Below, in pieces: positions 15,548 to 23,743 of a stretch of 34,289 nt of DNA; position 1 is the stretch's first letter; every line of letters starts with the position of its first letter. This stretch comes from a bacterium. Its GTDB lineage: Bacteria; Armatimonadota; HRBIN16. Made by a program: the position numbers and the translations under genes. The notes beneath the pieces were generated by a model. It made no database searches. It saw only the letters and a list, made by a program, of their open reading frames with translations, and was not told the DNA's origin. Location of the stretch: assembly GCA_025054895.1 (NCBI GenBank), contig JANWYZ010000003.1, positions 1-34,289 of the forward strand, in the 5' to 3' direction.

Positions 15548-16674
15548 TCCACCAGTATCCGTTGCACCCGCGCTGAGAGCAACGTGGTTACCTCGTGCGG
15601 GGTAGTATCCAGCCAGCGGGCGATTTCGTTCACCGTAATCTCTTCCTCTCCTTGCCTGCCGATAAGGGTGACCACATCGCCAATCTCTGCCCCCGTGTCG
15701 GTCGCATCGACCATCATCTGGTCCATACACACCCGCCCAATGACTGGTACGCGCTTGCCCTTCAACAAGACCTGCGCCCGGTTGCCCAACACACGCAGAT
15801 AGCCGTCACCATATCCCACAGGCAGTGTCGCTACCAGCGTTGCTCTCTGGGCGACGAAAGTGCCCCCATATCCTACCGCTGTGCCCGCAGCGATGCGTCG
15901 AATTGCGGTCACCCTGGTATGTAACGAGAGAGCCGGTTGTAGTCCCAACACCGAGAACTCATGCCCTGAAGGGGCAATGCCGTACACGAGTAACCCGCAA
16001 CGCACCATCTCCGCAGCTGCCTCAGTCGCCGACAACACCCCTGCACTGGCAGCAGCGTGGCGCAAAAGCGGTTTGCGCAGATGACGCGCTACGCTATCGG
16101 CGGTGCGAGCGAATACCCCCCACTGGGAGCGGGTTAGTTCGAGGTTGGAATCAGCGCTGGGGAAATGAGTGGCAATGCCGGTTAGCCGCACGTGGGGGAT
16201 GCTGTCTATCGCCTCCGCGACTTCCAGCGCGCGGTCAGGAGGCACGCCAAAGCGGCTCATGCCTACATCTACTTTCAAATGCACCTCCGCACTTTGCCCA
16301 CGCTTGCCCGCCTCTATCGAGAGACAGCGCACAAAATCCACATCCTGCACCAGACAGACGACCTGCGCTGCCAAAACCGCCCTTACTTCATCTGGCAGCA
16401 CGGGGCTGAGCAGGTAAACCGGTGTGGATACGCCATTATCGCGCAGTTCCTGCGCTTCCACGGTGGTCGCCACTCCGAAGGCGTCGATCCCCATCTGCTG
16501 TAATACGGGGGCGAGGAGCGAGGCGCCATGTCCATAGGCGTTCGCTTTGACCACTGCCATAATTCGCGTGCCCGCAGGAAGTCGTTCGCGGAGCCAGCGC
16601 ACGTTGTGCGCCAGCGCAGAGCGACGGATGATAGCGGTAGTTCGCGGCGAAAGAGGTAGCTGCTCAGCCCTCAT
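15544..16674 (-). CDS. alr: alanine racemase
   Basis: [14 protein letters not shown]-lysine motif, [25 protein letters not shown]; ATG 16674 overlaps the aldolase stop (ATGA). Confidence 0.95.
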   Translation of the reverse strand: MRAEQLPLSPRTTAIIRRSALAHNVRWLRERLPAGTRIMAVVKANAYGHGASLLAPVLQQMGIDAFGVATTVEAQELRDNGVSTPVYLLSPVLPDEVRAVLAAQVVCLVQDVDFVRCLSIEAGKRGQSAEVHLKVDVGMSRFGVPPDRALEVAEAIDSIPHVRLTGIATHFPSADSNLELTRSQWGVFARTADSVARHLRKPLLRHAAASAGVLSATEAAAEMVRCGLLVYGIAPSGHEFSVLGLQPALSLHTRVTAIRRIAAGTAVGYGGTFVAQRATLVATLPVGYGDGYLRVLGNRAQVLLKGKRVPVIGRVCMDQMMVDATDTGAEIGDVVTLIGRQGEEEITVNEIARWLDTTPHEVTTLLSARVQRILVD

Positions 16675-17498
16675 TTTTGCCCCGTACACAGCAGTATTTT
16701 GCTCTTCACCAGTTGCATTACTGCCTGCATAGCTGGTGGAAAAATCTGCCGGATGTCGATGCTGTCTGTGCTGAGAAGAGCATCGCGCAGGTAGGTCATG
16801 AACGTATCTTTGATTTCAGTGGCGAAGTTCACTTTCACGATGCCGTTCTGTACCGCCTCGCGCCATTGGTCGTCTGGTATCCCCGATGCGCCGTGCAACA
16901 CCAGATACGCCTCCACGCGCTGTCGAATGGTCTTTAACCGCTCGATGTCCAGCTGAGGCTGGCGCTTATAGAAGCCGTGTGCGTTGCCGATGGCAACCGC
17001 CAGCAAGTCTATACCCGTTTCCCGCACAAAGTGTTCCGCCTGTTCGGGCGAGGTCATCTCGTACTCCTGTACTTCGCGTTCGCCCAGTTTGGGGATGTAG
17101 CCCAGCTCCGCTTCCACCAGTACTCCCTGCGGATGCGCCAGTGCAACCACTTCGCGTGCAAGACGCACGTTTGTATCAAAATCCCTATCACTGGCGTCTA
17201 TCATCACGGAGTCGTAGCCCGCCTCGATACACTGGCGCACCAGAAGCACATCGCGTGCGTGGTCGAGGTGTAACCACGCTGATACACCCACCTCGCTGGT
17301 AGCAGCGCGAGCCATCGCCACAGCAGCTTTGACGCCCAAATAGTCTATCGTCGCAGGCGATGTTTGTAGAATGACTGCAGAGCCAACTTCCCGTGCAGCG
17401 CGCAACACCGCCAGCAGGGTTTCGGCGTTATAAAAGTTAGTTGCCAGGATGGCAGAGCCTCGCTGGCGATGTAACTCCAGAGCTTCCCTGAGATGCAT
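16671..17498 (-). CDS. class II ketose-bisphosphate aldolase (fructose/tagatose-1,6-bisphosphate aldolase family)
   Basis: 275 aa; LHLDH, SVMIDAS, VEAELG, AIGNAHG, LVLHGASG, KVNFATE motifs. Confidence 0.92.
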   Translation of the reverse strand: MHLREALELHRQRGSAILATNFYNAETLLAVLRAAREVGSAVILQTSPATIDYLGVKAAVAMARAATSEVGVSAWLHLDHARDVLLVRQCIEAGYDSVMIDASDRDFDTNVRLAREVVALAHPQGVLVEAELGYIPKLGEREVQEYEMTSPEQAEHFVRETGIDLLAVAIGNAHGFYKRQPQLDIERLKTIRQRVEAYLVLHGASGIPDDQWREAVQNGIVKVNFATEIKDTFMTYLRDALLSTDSIDIRQIFPPAMQAVMQLVKSKILLCTGQK

Positions 17499-17508
17499 CT
17501 CCGCTCTG

Positions 17509-18468
17509 TCACTCCTGCACCGAGTTCATGAACGTTTGTACCTCTGCGAGGGTTGGTAAACCTTCCATTGGTCCCTGCCTGGTAACCGCCAGTGCTCCGA
17601 TTGCGCTGGCGAATCGTGCTGCTTCGGTAACCGACATCCCACGCAGCAGCGCTACCACGAAACCGCCTGCAAAGGCGTCGCCAGCGCCTGTCGGGTCTAT
17701 CTCGGTTACGCGATAGGCAGGTATCTCTACCCTGCCCTGTTCGGTAAAGACAACACATCCCCGTGCGCCACGTTTCAATACCACAATAGGCACGCCTCTT
17801 GCTACCAGAGCACGGCACGCGGTATCCTCATCGGCGTCGCCAGTGAGCATAGCGGCTTCTGCGCCGCTGGGCAACAAGATATCACATGATTGCAGAACAG
17901 GCTCGCACAGCGTCCGAACCACGTTTACGCCAAGCAGTTCCGGGCGGATATTGGGGTCGAAGCTCACCATAGCTCCGTATTGCTTGCAAAGATCGATCGC
18001 CCGATAACACGCCTCGCGTGAGCTCTCGCTGACGCTCAATGCCGAACCGGTGACGTGCAACGCTCGCACGCCTCGCAAATAATCTTCGTGTACGTCCTCC
18101 GGACTGAGCAGCGCGGCAGCAGACTCGGGCAGGTGGAACAGGAATTGCCGTGAGCCGTCCGACCGATAGGAGACAAAGGCAATGCCAGTGGTACGATGCG
18201 AAACCACACGTACGTGGCACATGTCCACACCGTCCGCTTCCAGCCTGCGTGTTACACACCTGCCGAACGGGTCGTCTCCGACCACGCCGATGAAACCGCA
18301 CGACATCCCCAGCCTTGCTACCGCATCGACAAAAATAGCCGGCGCGCCGCTGGGAAACGGTCCAACAAACTGCCCCGGCTCGTCCAGCGGCTGGTCTACA
18401 GCAGGACGCATCATCTCTACGAGCAGTTCACCGAGAGAGAGTACCTGTGGCATAGAAGGTTTCCCCAC
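17509..18468 (-). CDS. PfkB-family sugar kinase
   Basis: LGELLVE, GPFPSGAPAIF, VGDDPFG, SFDPNIR, KRGARG, DPTGAGDAFAGG; start may be ATG 18453. Confidence 0.92.
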   Translation of the reverse strand: MGKPSMPQVLSLGELLVEMMRPAVDQPLDEPGQFVGPFPSGAPAIFVDAVARLGMSCGFIGVVGDDPFGRCVTRRLEADGVDMCHVRVVSHRTTGIAFVSYRSDGSRQFLFHLPESAAALLSPEDVHEDYLRGVRALHVTGSALSVSESSREACYRAIDLCKQYGAMVSFDPNIRPELLGVNVVRTLCEPVLQSCDILLPSGAEAAMLTGDADEDTACRALVARGVPIVVLKRGARGCVVFTEQGRVEIPAYRVTEIDPTGAGDAFAGGFVVALLRGMSVTEAARFASAIGALAVTRQGPMEGLPTLAEVQTFMNSVQE

Positions 18469-18539
18469 AAGCAGGATTCCCCACCTGCTTCCAGTATCCT
18501 TCTATCGATACCGATTGCTCAGTCAGGAGAACGATACTG
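18469..18539. promoter_or_regulatory. divergent control region with nested inverted repeats
   Basis: AAGCAGG/CCTGCTT (18469-18490), TATCGATA (18503-18510), CAGTATC/GATACTG (18492-18539). Confidence 0.4.
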
Positions 18540-18553
18540 CCGGAGGTTACATC

Positions 18554-19339
18554 ATGCAGAACGCACTGAAGAAGGCTCTGGTGCTTTCTATGCTGCCGGA
18601 TAATCTCGACTACGTCGAACGATTCCGGCTGGCGAAGGAGGTAGGTTTCGACGGCATTGAAGCACCACCAATCAACGACCCAGAGGAGATAAAGAAGATG
18701 CGAGCGGCAGCAGAGGTCAGCGGAGTGCCCGTTCATTCGATTATCTATGGGGGCTGGCACGCGCCGCTCTCCAGCGCGGACCCGCGCGTGATAGAGCGAG
18801 GTATCGCTGACGTGCAGGCTGCCCTGCAATGTGCAAAGGATCTGGGTGCGGATACGGTACTGCTCGTTCCTGCTATCGTTAATGAAAGCACGCGCTACAT
18901 AGACGCTTACACCCGCTCCCAGCAGAACATCCGCAAGGTTATCCCTCTGGCAGAGAAGCTCAAAGTGGTTATCGCCGTAGAAAACGTGTGGAACAACTTC
19001 CTGCTGAGCCCGCTGGAGTTCGCCCGCTACATCGACGAGTTCCGCAGCCCCTACGTGAAAGCGTACTTCGACGTGGGCAATGTGCTGGCGTTCGGGTGGT
19101 CGGAGGACTGGATACGCACGCTGGGTAAACGCATCCATCGTGTCCACCTGAAGGACTTCAAACGCTCCACGCGCCAGTTTGTGAACCTTCTGGAGGGCGA
19201 CGTGAATTGGCGGGAGGTGCGTAAGGCGCTGGATGAGGTGGGTTACAGAGGCTTCATGACCGCTGAGCTGGGTGGGGGCAACGCGAGTTACCTGCGCGAC
19301 GTAGCACAGCGTATCGAGCGTATCATCGCGGGGGTATAA
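18554..19339 (+). CDS. sugar-phosphate isomerase/epimerase, xylose isomerase-like TIM barrel (AP_endonuc_2)
   Basis: 261 aa from ATG after GGAGG; GFDGIE, AVENVWNNFLLSP, YFDVGN, RVHLKD, GY-x-GFMTAE metal-ligand motifs. Confidence 0.88.
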   Translation: MQNALKKALVLSMLPDNLDYVERFRLAKEVGFDGIEAPPINDPEEIKKMRAAAEVSGVPVHSIIYGGWHAPLSSADPRVIERGIADVQAALQCAKDLGADTVLLVPAIVNESTRYIDAYTRSQQNIRKVIPLAEKLKVVIAVENVWNNFLLSPLEFARYIDEFRSPYVKAYFDVGNVLAFGWSEDWIRTLGKRIHRVHLKDFKRSTRQFVNLLEGDVNWREVRKALDEVGYRGFMTAELGGGNASYLRDVAQRIERIIAGV

Positions 19340-19342
19340 CCA

Positions 19343-19373
19343 CGGGGGCGAGGTGGTGTACCCTCGCCCCTGC
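19343..19373. repeat. GC-rich hairpin between convergent genes (REP-like and/or terminator)
   Basis: GGGGCGAGG-TGGTGTAC-CCTCGCCCC; the minus strand reads GCAG-GGGCGAGG...CCTCGCCC; no real U-tract. Confidence 0.55.
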
Positions 19374-19398
19374 GAATAAAAGGGAGCCACGCAAGGCT

Positions 19399-20541
19399 TT
19401 AATTACGCTTGCGTAAGAACGTCGGGATGTCGTAATCGGTATCGTTCGCCGGCGTTTGTTGGGGCTGGCGTTCGGGCGGTACCGGAGCGCGATCAGCTGT
19501 TCTTGGAGGCGCTCCAACCGGGCGTTCCCCGAGCGGTTCCGGGCGCCGCAGGGGTTCTGGACGCTGCGCCGGACGCTCCGCCAGAGGTCCCTGAGAAGAA
19601 GCCGGCAAGCCAGCTGCGAGCACCGTGATCTTCACTTCGCCTTCCATCTTCGGGTCCACCACGTGCCCGTAAATAATGTGTGCTGTCTCCAGGTCGCACA
19701 GACTCTGGATAACCGCCGCTGCTTCGCTCAGCTCCTGCAAAGTCATGTCGGGACCGCTGGTGACGTTAATCAGCACGCGCTGTGCCCCATCGATGGAGGT
19801 CTCCAGTAACGGGCTGCTGGTGGCGCTCTCCGCAGCCTCACGCGCCCGGTGTTCGCCGTTGCCATGCCCAATGCCCATCAGGGCAGGTCCCGCGTTGGAC
19901 ATAATAGTCTTCACGTCCGCGAAGTCCACATTGATTAAACCCGGAATGGTAATAATGTCGGAGATGCCTTGCACGCCCTGCCGCAAAATATCGTCGGCGG
20001 CGCGAAAGGCTTCCACTAAAGTAGTGCGTTTTTCCACCACGCTTAATAATCGCTCGTTGGGAATGACAATCAATGTGTCCACGTGCTCACGCAGGTTGGC
20101 GACGCCCTCTTCTGCAATCTGCATCCGGCGCGGTCCTTCAAAATTGAAAGGTTTCGTGACTACCGCAACGGTCAGCGCGCCCATCTCCTTCGCCAGCTGT
20201 GCGACCACAGGCGCCGCGCCGGTACCGGTGCCGCCGCCCATGCCTGCGGTAATAAACACCATATCAGCGCCTTCCAGCGCCTTCATAATCTCGTTCTTGC
20301 TCTCCTCGGCGGCGCTGCGACCAATCTGCGGATTGCCCCCCGCTCCCAGCCCGCGCGTCAAGTTTTCGCCAAGCTGCACTTTTCTCTCCGCTGCCGAAAT
20401 CTCCAGCACCTGTACATCGGTGTTCATGGCGCAGAAGTCTACCCCAACGAGCCCCGCTTCGATCATGCGGTTCACCGCATTTGTGCCACCCCCACCGATG
20501 CCGATGACCTTAATCTGAGCGTACTGTCGTCCACCAGCCAT
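19399..20541 (-). CDS. ftsZ: cell division protein FtsZ
   Basis: [10 protein letters not shown]-x-[24 protein letters not shown]-terminal DIPTFLR. Confidence 0.99.
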   Translation of the reverse strand: MAGGRQYAQIKVIGIGGGGTNAVNRMIEAGLVGVDFCAMNTDVQVLEISAAERKVQLGENLTRGLGAGGNPQIGRSAAEESKNEIMKALEGADMVFITAGMGGGTGTGAAPVVAQLAKEMGALTVAVVTKPFNFEGPRRMQIAEEGVANLREHVDTLIVIPNERLLSVVEKRTTLVEAFRAADDILRQGVQGISDIITIPGLINVDFADVKTIMSNAGPALMGIGHGNGEHRAREAAESATSSPLLETSIDGAQRVLINVTSGPDMTLQELSEAAAVIQSLCDLETAHIIYGHVVDPKMEGEVKITVLAAGLPASSQGPLAERPAQRPEPLRRPEPLGERPVGAPPRTADRAPVPPERQPQQTPANDTDYDIPTFLRKRN

Positions 20542-20569
20542 TGGTTTAGCCCCCTATGGTGAATTTAGA

Positions 20570-21787
20570 TTATCGTGCGAATCGCGATACCCAGCGACGG
20601 ACCCATACCGTCACCCGACGCCAGAAAGGGTGGTGACGGCTATCACCAGAGATTTCGAAGTGTCTGAGCGCGTACAGTAGCAACCCGACCCCGGTGGCAA
20701 ATACCGGGCTGTCCACTCTGTCCGCCAACCCGCCCACATTCATGGGCTTACCGACCCGAACAGGCATGTCGGTAACCTCTCGCGCCAGATCAACCACGCC
20801 ACGCATCAGGCTTCCGCCTCCGCTGATCACCAGCCCCCCGGGTAACAATCCCGCCGCGCCCGAGCTTTTAATCTCTTCGTAAACCAGCTCAAACAGCTCC
20901 CGCATCCGAGGTTCCACAATCTCTGCCAGTACCCGTGCAGGAACCTTCCGTTCTTCGTTGCTGCCCATCGGGCGATGAGGTACTACTTCGTTGTCGCCTA
21001 CCATCTCGCGCAGCGCACAGGCATATTGCAGCTTGATACGCTCGCTCTCTTCAGGTGGTGTGCGCAAGCCCATCGAGATATCGTTGGTAACGTGGTTGCC
21101 TCCAACAGGGATGACACCTGTATAGTATATCTCACCGTCCGTAAAAACCGCCACATCGGTAGTGCCGCCGCCGATGTCTGCCAGAGCCACTCCAAGCTCA
21201 CGCTCAGCTTCGGTAAGCACCGCCTCTGCTGTAGCAATCGGTTCCACCACCAGAGCACTTACCTGCAAGCCCGCTTTGAGCACGCATTTCGTGACGTTCT
21301 GCAAGAAGGCGCTGCTGCCATGGATGATGTGCGTTTCCACCTCGAGGCGCGAGCCGCTCATGCCCTCGGGATGCCGGATGCCGTTCTGCCCATCTACTAC
21401 GTAGCCTCTGGGGATGGCGTGGATGATTTCGCGATCGGGCGTCAGTACGACTGTACGCGAGCTTTCCATTACCCGCTCTACATCCTCACGCGAGATTTCG
21501 CGTGAAGGAGAGGTAACAGCGATCATTCCTTTAGAGTTCATGGAGCGGATATGCTCACCCGTCACCCCAACGAGCACCGACTCGATACGCCGTCCCGCCA
21601 TGTGTTCCGCCTGGTCCACCGCGTGTTCGATTGACGCTGTCGCTTGCTCGATGTCTACTACGGTACCCTTACGGAGCCCCTTGGAAGGCGCGACCCCAAC
21701 CCCAATAATCTCCAGGCGCATGCCATCGGCGACCTCCGCAATAAGAGCCGCAATCTTGGTTGTGCCGATATCCAGTCCGGCAATCAT
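20570..21787 (-). CDS. ftsA: cell division protein FtsA
   Basis: GLDIGTTKI, DIGGGTTD, GGNHVTNDI, VISGGGS, P-x-FATGVGL. Confidence 0.97.
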   Translation of the reverse strand: MIAGLDIGTTKIAALIAEVADGMRLEIIGVGVAPSKGLRKGTVVDIEQATASIEHAVDQAEHMAGRRIESVLVGVTGEHIRSMNSKGMIAVTSPSREISREDVERVMESSRTVVLTPDREIIHAIPRGYVVDGQNGIRHPEGMSGSRLEVETHIIHGSSAFLQNVTKCVLKAGLQVSALVVEPIATAEAVLTEAERELGVALADIGGGTTDVAVFTDGEIYYTGVIPVGGNHVTNDISMGLRTPPEESERIKLQYACALREMVGDNEVVPHRPMGSNEERKVPARVLAEIVEPRMRELFELVYEEIKSSGAAGLLPGGLVISGGGSLMRGVVDLAREVTDMPVRVGKPMNVGGLADRVDSPVFATGVGLLLYALRHFEISGDSRHHPFWRRVTVWVRRWVSRFAR

Positions 21788-21803
21788 GATATGAACTCCC
21801 GTG

Positions 21804-22172
21804 TCAGGTTCTTTCTGTATCCCGCTGTCGAGAGATATTCCACTGGGTGAGATAATATCGGCGGATCAGCGACAGATTCAGGAACATCCGCCCACCCAGC
21901 GTAACAACTGCTGCCAGAAAAAGGTCTACCCCAATCTGGTCGCCCAGGTACGCAAGCAGCGCTGCCAGCAAAGTGTTGAAGATGAAGCCCGATACGAATA
22001 CATCTACGTGAAACTTGCCTTCAATCCCTGCACGAATTCCCCCCAAAATCGAATCGAGACCAGACAAGGTCGCCAGGCTCAGGTAGGGCGCGTAATCGCT
22101 CGGCAGCTCCAATGGCACAAAGTAGAAGACGAAAAAGCCTATCAACAGCGCAATAACAGGCAACCAGTTCAT
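21804..22172 (-). CDS. sbp: small basic protein Sbp (DUF1290) membrane protein
   Basis: 122 aa; YLSLA-x-L-x-GLDSILGGIRA, FVSGF-x-FN-x-LLA, G-x-R-x-F-x-NL..IRR. Confidence 0.85.
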   Translation of the reverse strand: MNWLPVIALLIGFFVFYFVPLELPSDYAPYLSLATLSGLDSILGGIRAGIEGKFHVDVFVSGFIFNTLLAALLAYLGDQIGVDLFLAAVVTLGGRMFLNLSLIRRYYLTQWNISRQRDTERT

Positions 22173-22969
22173 TGGGACCTGCTCCCCTCTTCCTCCTGCG
22201 CCGAGCTGCCGGGCGTCGCAACGACCGGTTTTGCATAACGGAAGACCAGGCTGCCCGTGTAAGCCGGTATCTGAATCTTGTTCTTCTTGACTATCTTCAC
22301 CATGTTCGGGTCTAACGCTTGTATATCGGTCAATACGCCTTGGGGCAGGTTCAACGCGCTGGCAAGCGTGTCCGGATCGCCGATAGCTTGAATCACATAG
22401 GGCGAAGAAAGCGCAATGCTATTCACCTGCACCGTCGGTCCCACACATCGGATGGCAGTATTGGCGATAATACGTTGTCCGTTGATCGCCACCGCCTCAG
22501 CCCCCGCTGCGTGCAATTCGTTGACCACCCTCTGTAAATCCGAATCGTGGATGATGTAATTTTCGATATCGATGGGTGAGTTTGCCGGTGGACGCTTCTT
22601 GCTATCCTGCAAAATCACCTCCACGCCCGGTCCCTCCACTGGCGTCAGCCCCGCCAGAAACTTTGCCTCCTGCAACGAGTCGTTCAGTAGTTTCGCTTTC
22701 TCCGACGCGCTCGCCATCTCGTTCTCGTACTGGGTCGTGCGTTCGCGAAGCTTGCTTATTTCCTCGTTCGCCATCTTGAGTTGTTCCTGCTGGTCGCGGT
22801 ACGCCGCTGCCAGTCCCGAAAAGCGGTTAGACGGCAACGAAGCGGAACGAATCGTTTGCTGGGTCTTCAGCGAAACCGCAAGCAACGCCCCCAGTACGAG
22901 CGCCATCACCGTTACCGGCGTTACCCAGGGATTGTTCCGAATGCTGGAGAGAAACACGTTCAGGTTCAT
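22169..22969 (-). CDS. DUF881 family protein (YlxW/YlxX-like)
   Basis: 266 aa; N-terminal TM plus coiled coil; AGLTPVEGPGV, IHDSDL..VVNEL..AGAEAVAINGQR, IRCVG, PY-x-I-x-AIGDP. Confidence 0.9.
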   Translation of the reverse strand: MNLNVFLSSIRNNPWVTPVTVMALVLGALLAVSLKTQQTIRSASLPSNRFSGLAAAYRDQQEQLKMANEEISKLRERTTQYENEMASASEKAKLLNDSLQEAKFLAGLTPVEGPGVEVILQDSKKRPPANSPIDIENYIIHDSDLQRVVNELHAAGAEAVAINGQRIIANTAIRCVGPTVQVNSIALSSPYVIQAIGDPDTLASALNLPQGVLTDIQALDPNMVKIVKKNKIQIPAYTGSLVFRYAKPVVATPGSSAQEEEGSRSQ

Positions 22970-23743
22970 CTACATCGCTCCCTTCTTCTCCCGCGGCTTC
23001 CAGACCGGTTTATCCACACAACTGACATCCAGATACTCAGCCTGCCGCACGATTTGAGGCTGAGCCCACAGTTCGGCGGTTCGTACCATCTTTTGCGGCA
23101 GGTCTACGCTGCTACCTATCTTCACCGGCGGCAACCCCTCTTTCATATTTAAACATAGATTCCCTTCGCGGTCAACCACTATTTGAGCCACGGGCAACCG
23201 GTATTCTGGAACATATCGGTGCAGAATCTCTATAGCGGTTTGCACAGGTTTGTTCTGCACAGCGCGCCCGACTGTAACGGGCAACTGCGCTTCACTGCGA
23301 ATAATCGACAAGCCCCTTGCTTGTGTCGTCTGCCAGAAAGCAACCCCCTGTTCGTCTACCCAGTAGCCGCCGTCTTTGGTTAACAACAGCGCAACTGGCT
23401 GACGCTCGAACACGCGCACGTACACTTTGCCCGGCATCCCTCGCGAAACCACCGCCTCGGCGACAGTGGGTAGAAGCTGTACCCTGTGCGCAATGCGAGA
23501 CATTGGCAAAAACACCCAGCTACTATTGTTACTGATGCCGATTTCACGTATAACCTGTTCCGGGCGCGTCAGCACCGTGCCTTCCACTATTACCTGTTTC
23601 ACGCTCAGCGCGGGGCTGGTGTACAGGGCTACACCGAGCTCGCCCACCAAAACCAGCAAGAGCACGGTTTTCATCGTGCGCCATACATTACGCCCTGTGC
23701 GCTGTTCTGTCTGACGACGCCCTGCAACACCGCGTGCGTTCAT
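22970..23743 (-). CDS. ftsQ: cell division protein FtsQ/DivIB
   Basis: Basic N-tail, single TM, POTRA-like segment, V-x-ER-x-PVA, WVD-x-x-G, YLDV; position between ddl and ftsA. Confidence 0.85.
   Translation of the reverse strand: MNARGVAGRRQTEQRTGRNVWRTMKTVLLLVLVGELGVALYTSPALSVKQVIVEGTVLTRPEQVIREIGISNNSSWVFLPMSRIAHRVQLLPTVAEAVVSRGMPGKVYVRVFERQPVALLLTKDGGYWVDEQGVAFWQTTQARGLSIIRSEAQLPVTVGRAVQNKPVQTAIEILHRYVPEYRLPVAQIVVDREGNLCLNMKEGLPPVKIGSSVDLPQKMVRTAELWAQPQIVRQAEYLDVSCVDKPVWKPREKKGAM

Noticed and set aside
19440-19600. Repeated RPEPL peptide and Pro/Arg-rich stretch in FtsZ
   Set aside because: Ordinary disordered C-terminal linker of FtsZ.
18428-20518. 320-aa minus and 280-aa plus ORFs opposite the epimerase and ftsZ
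   Set aside because: Shadow frames of well-supported genes.
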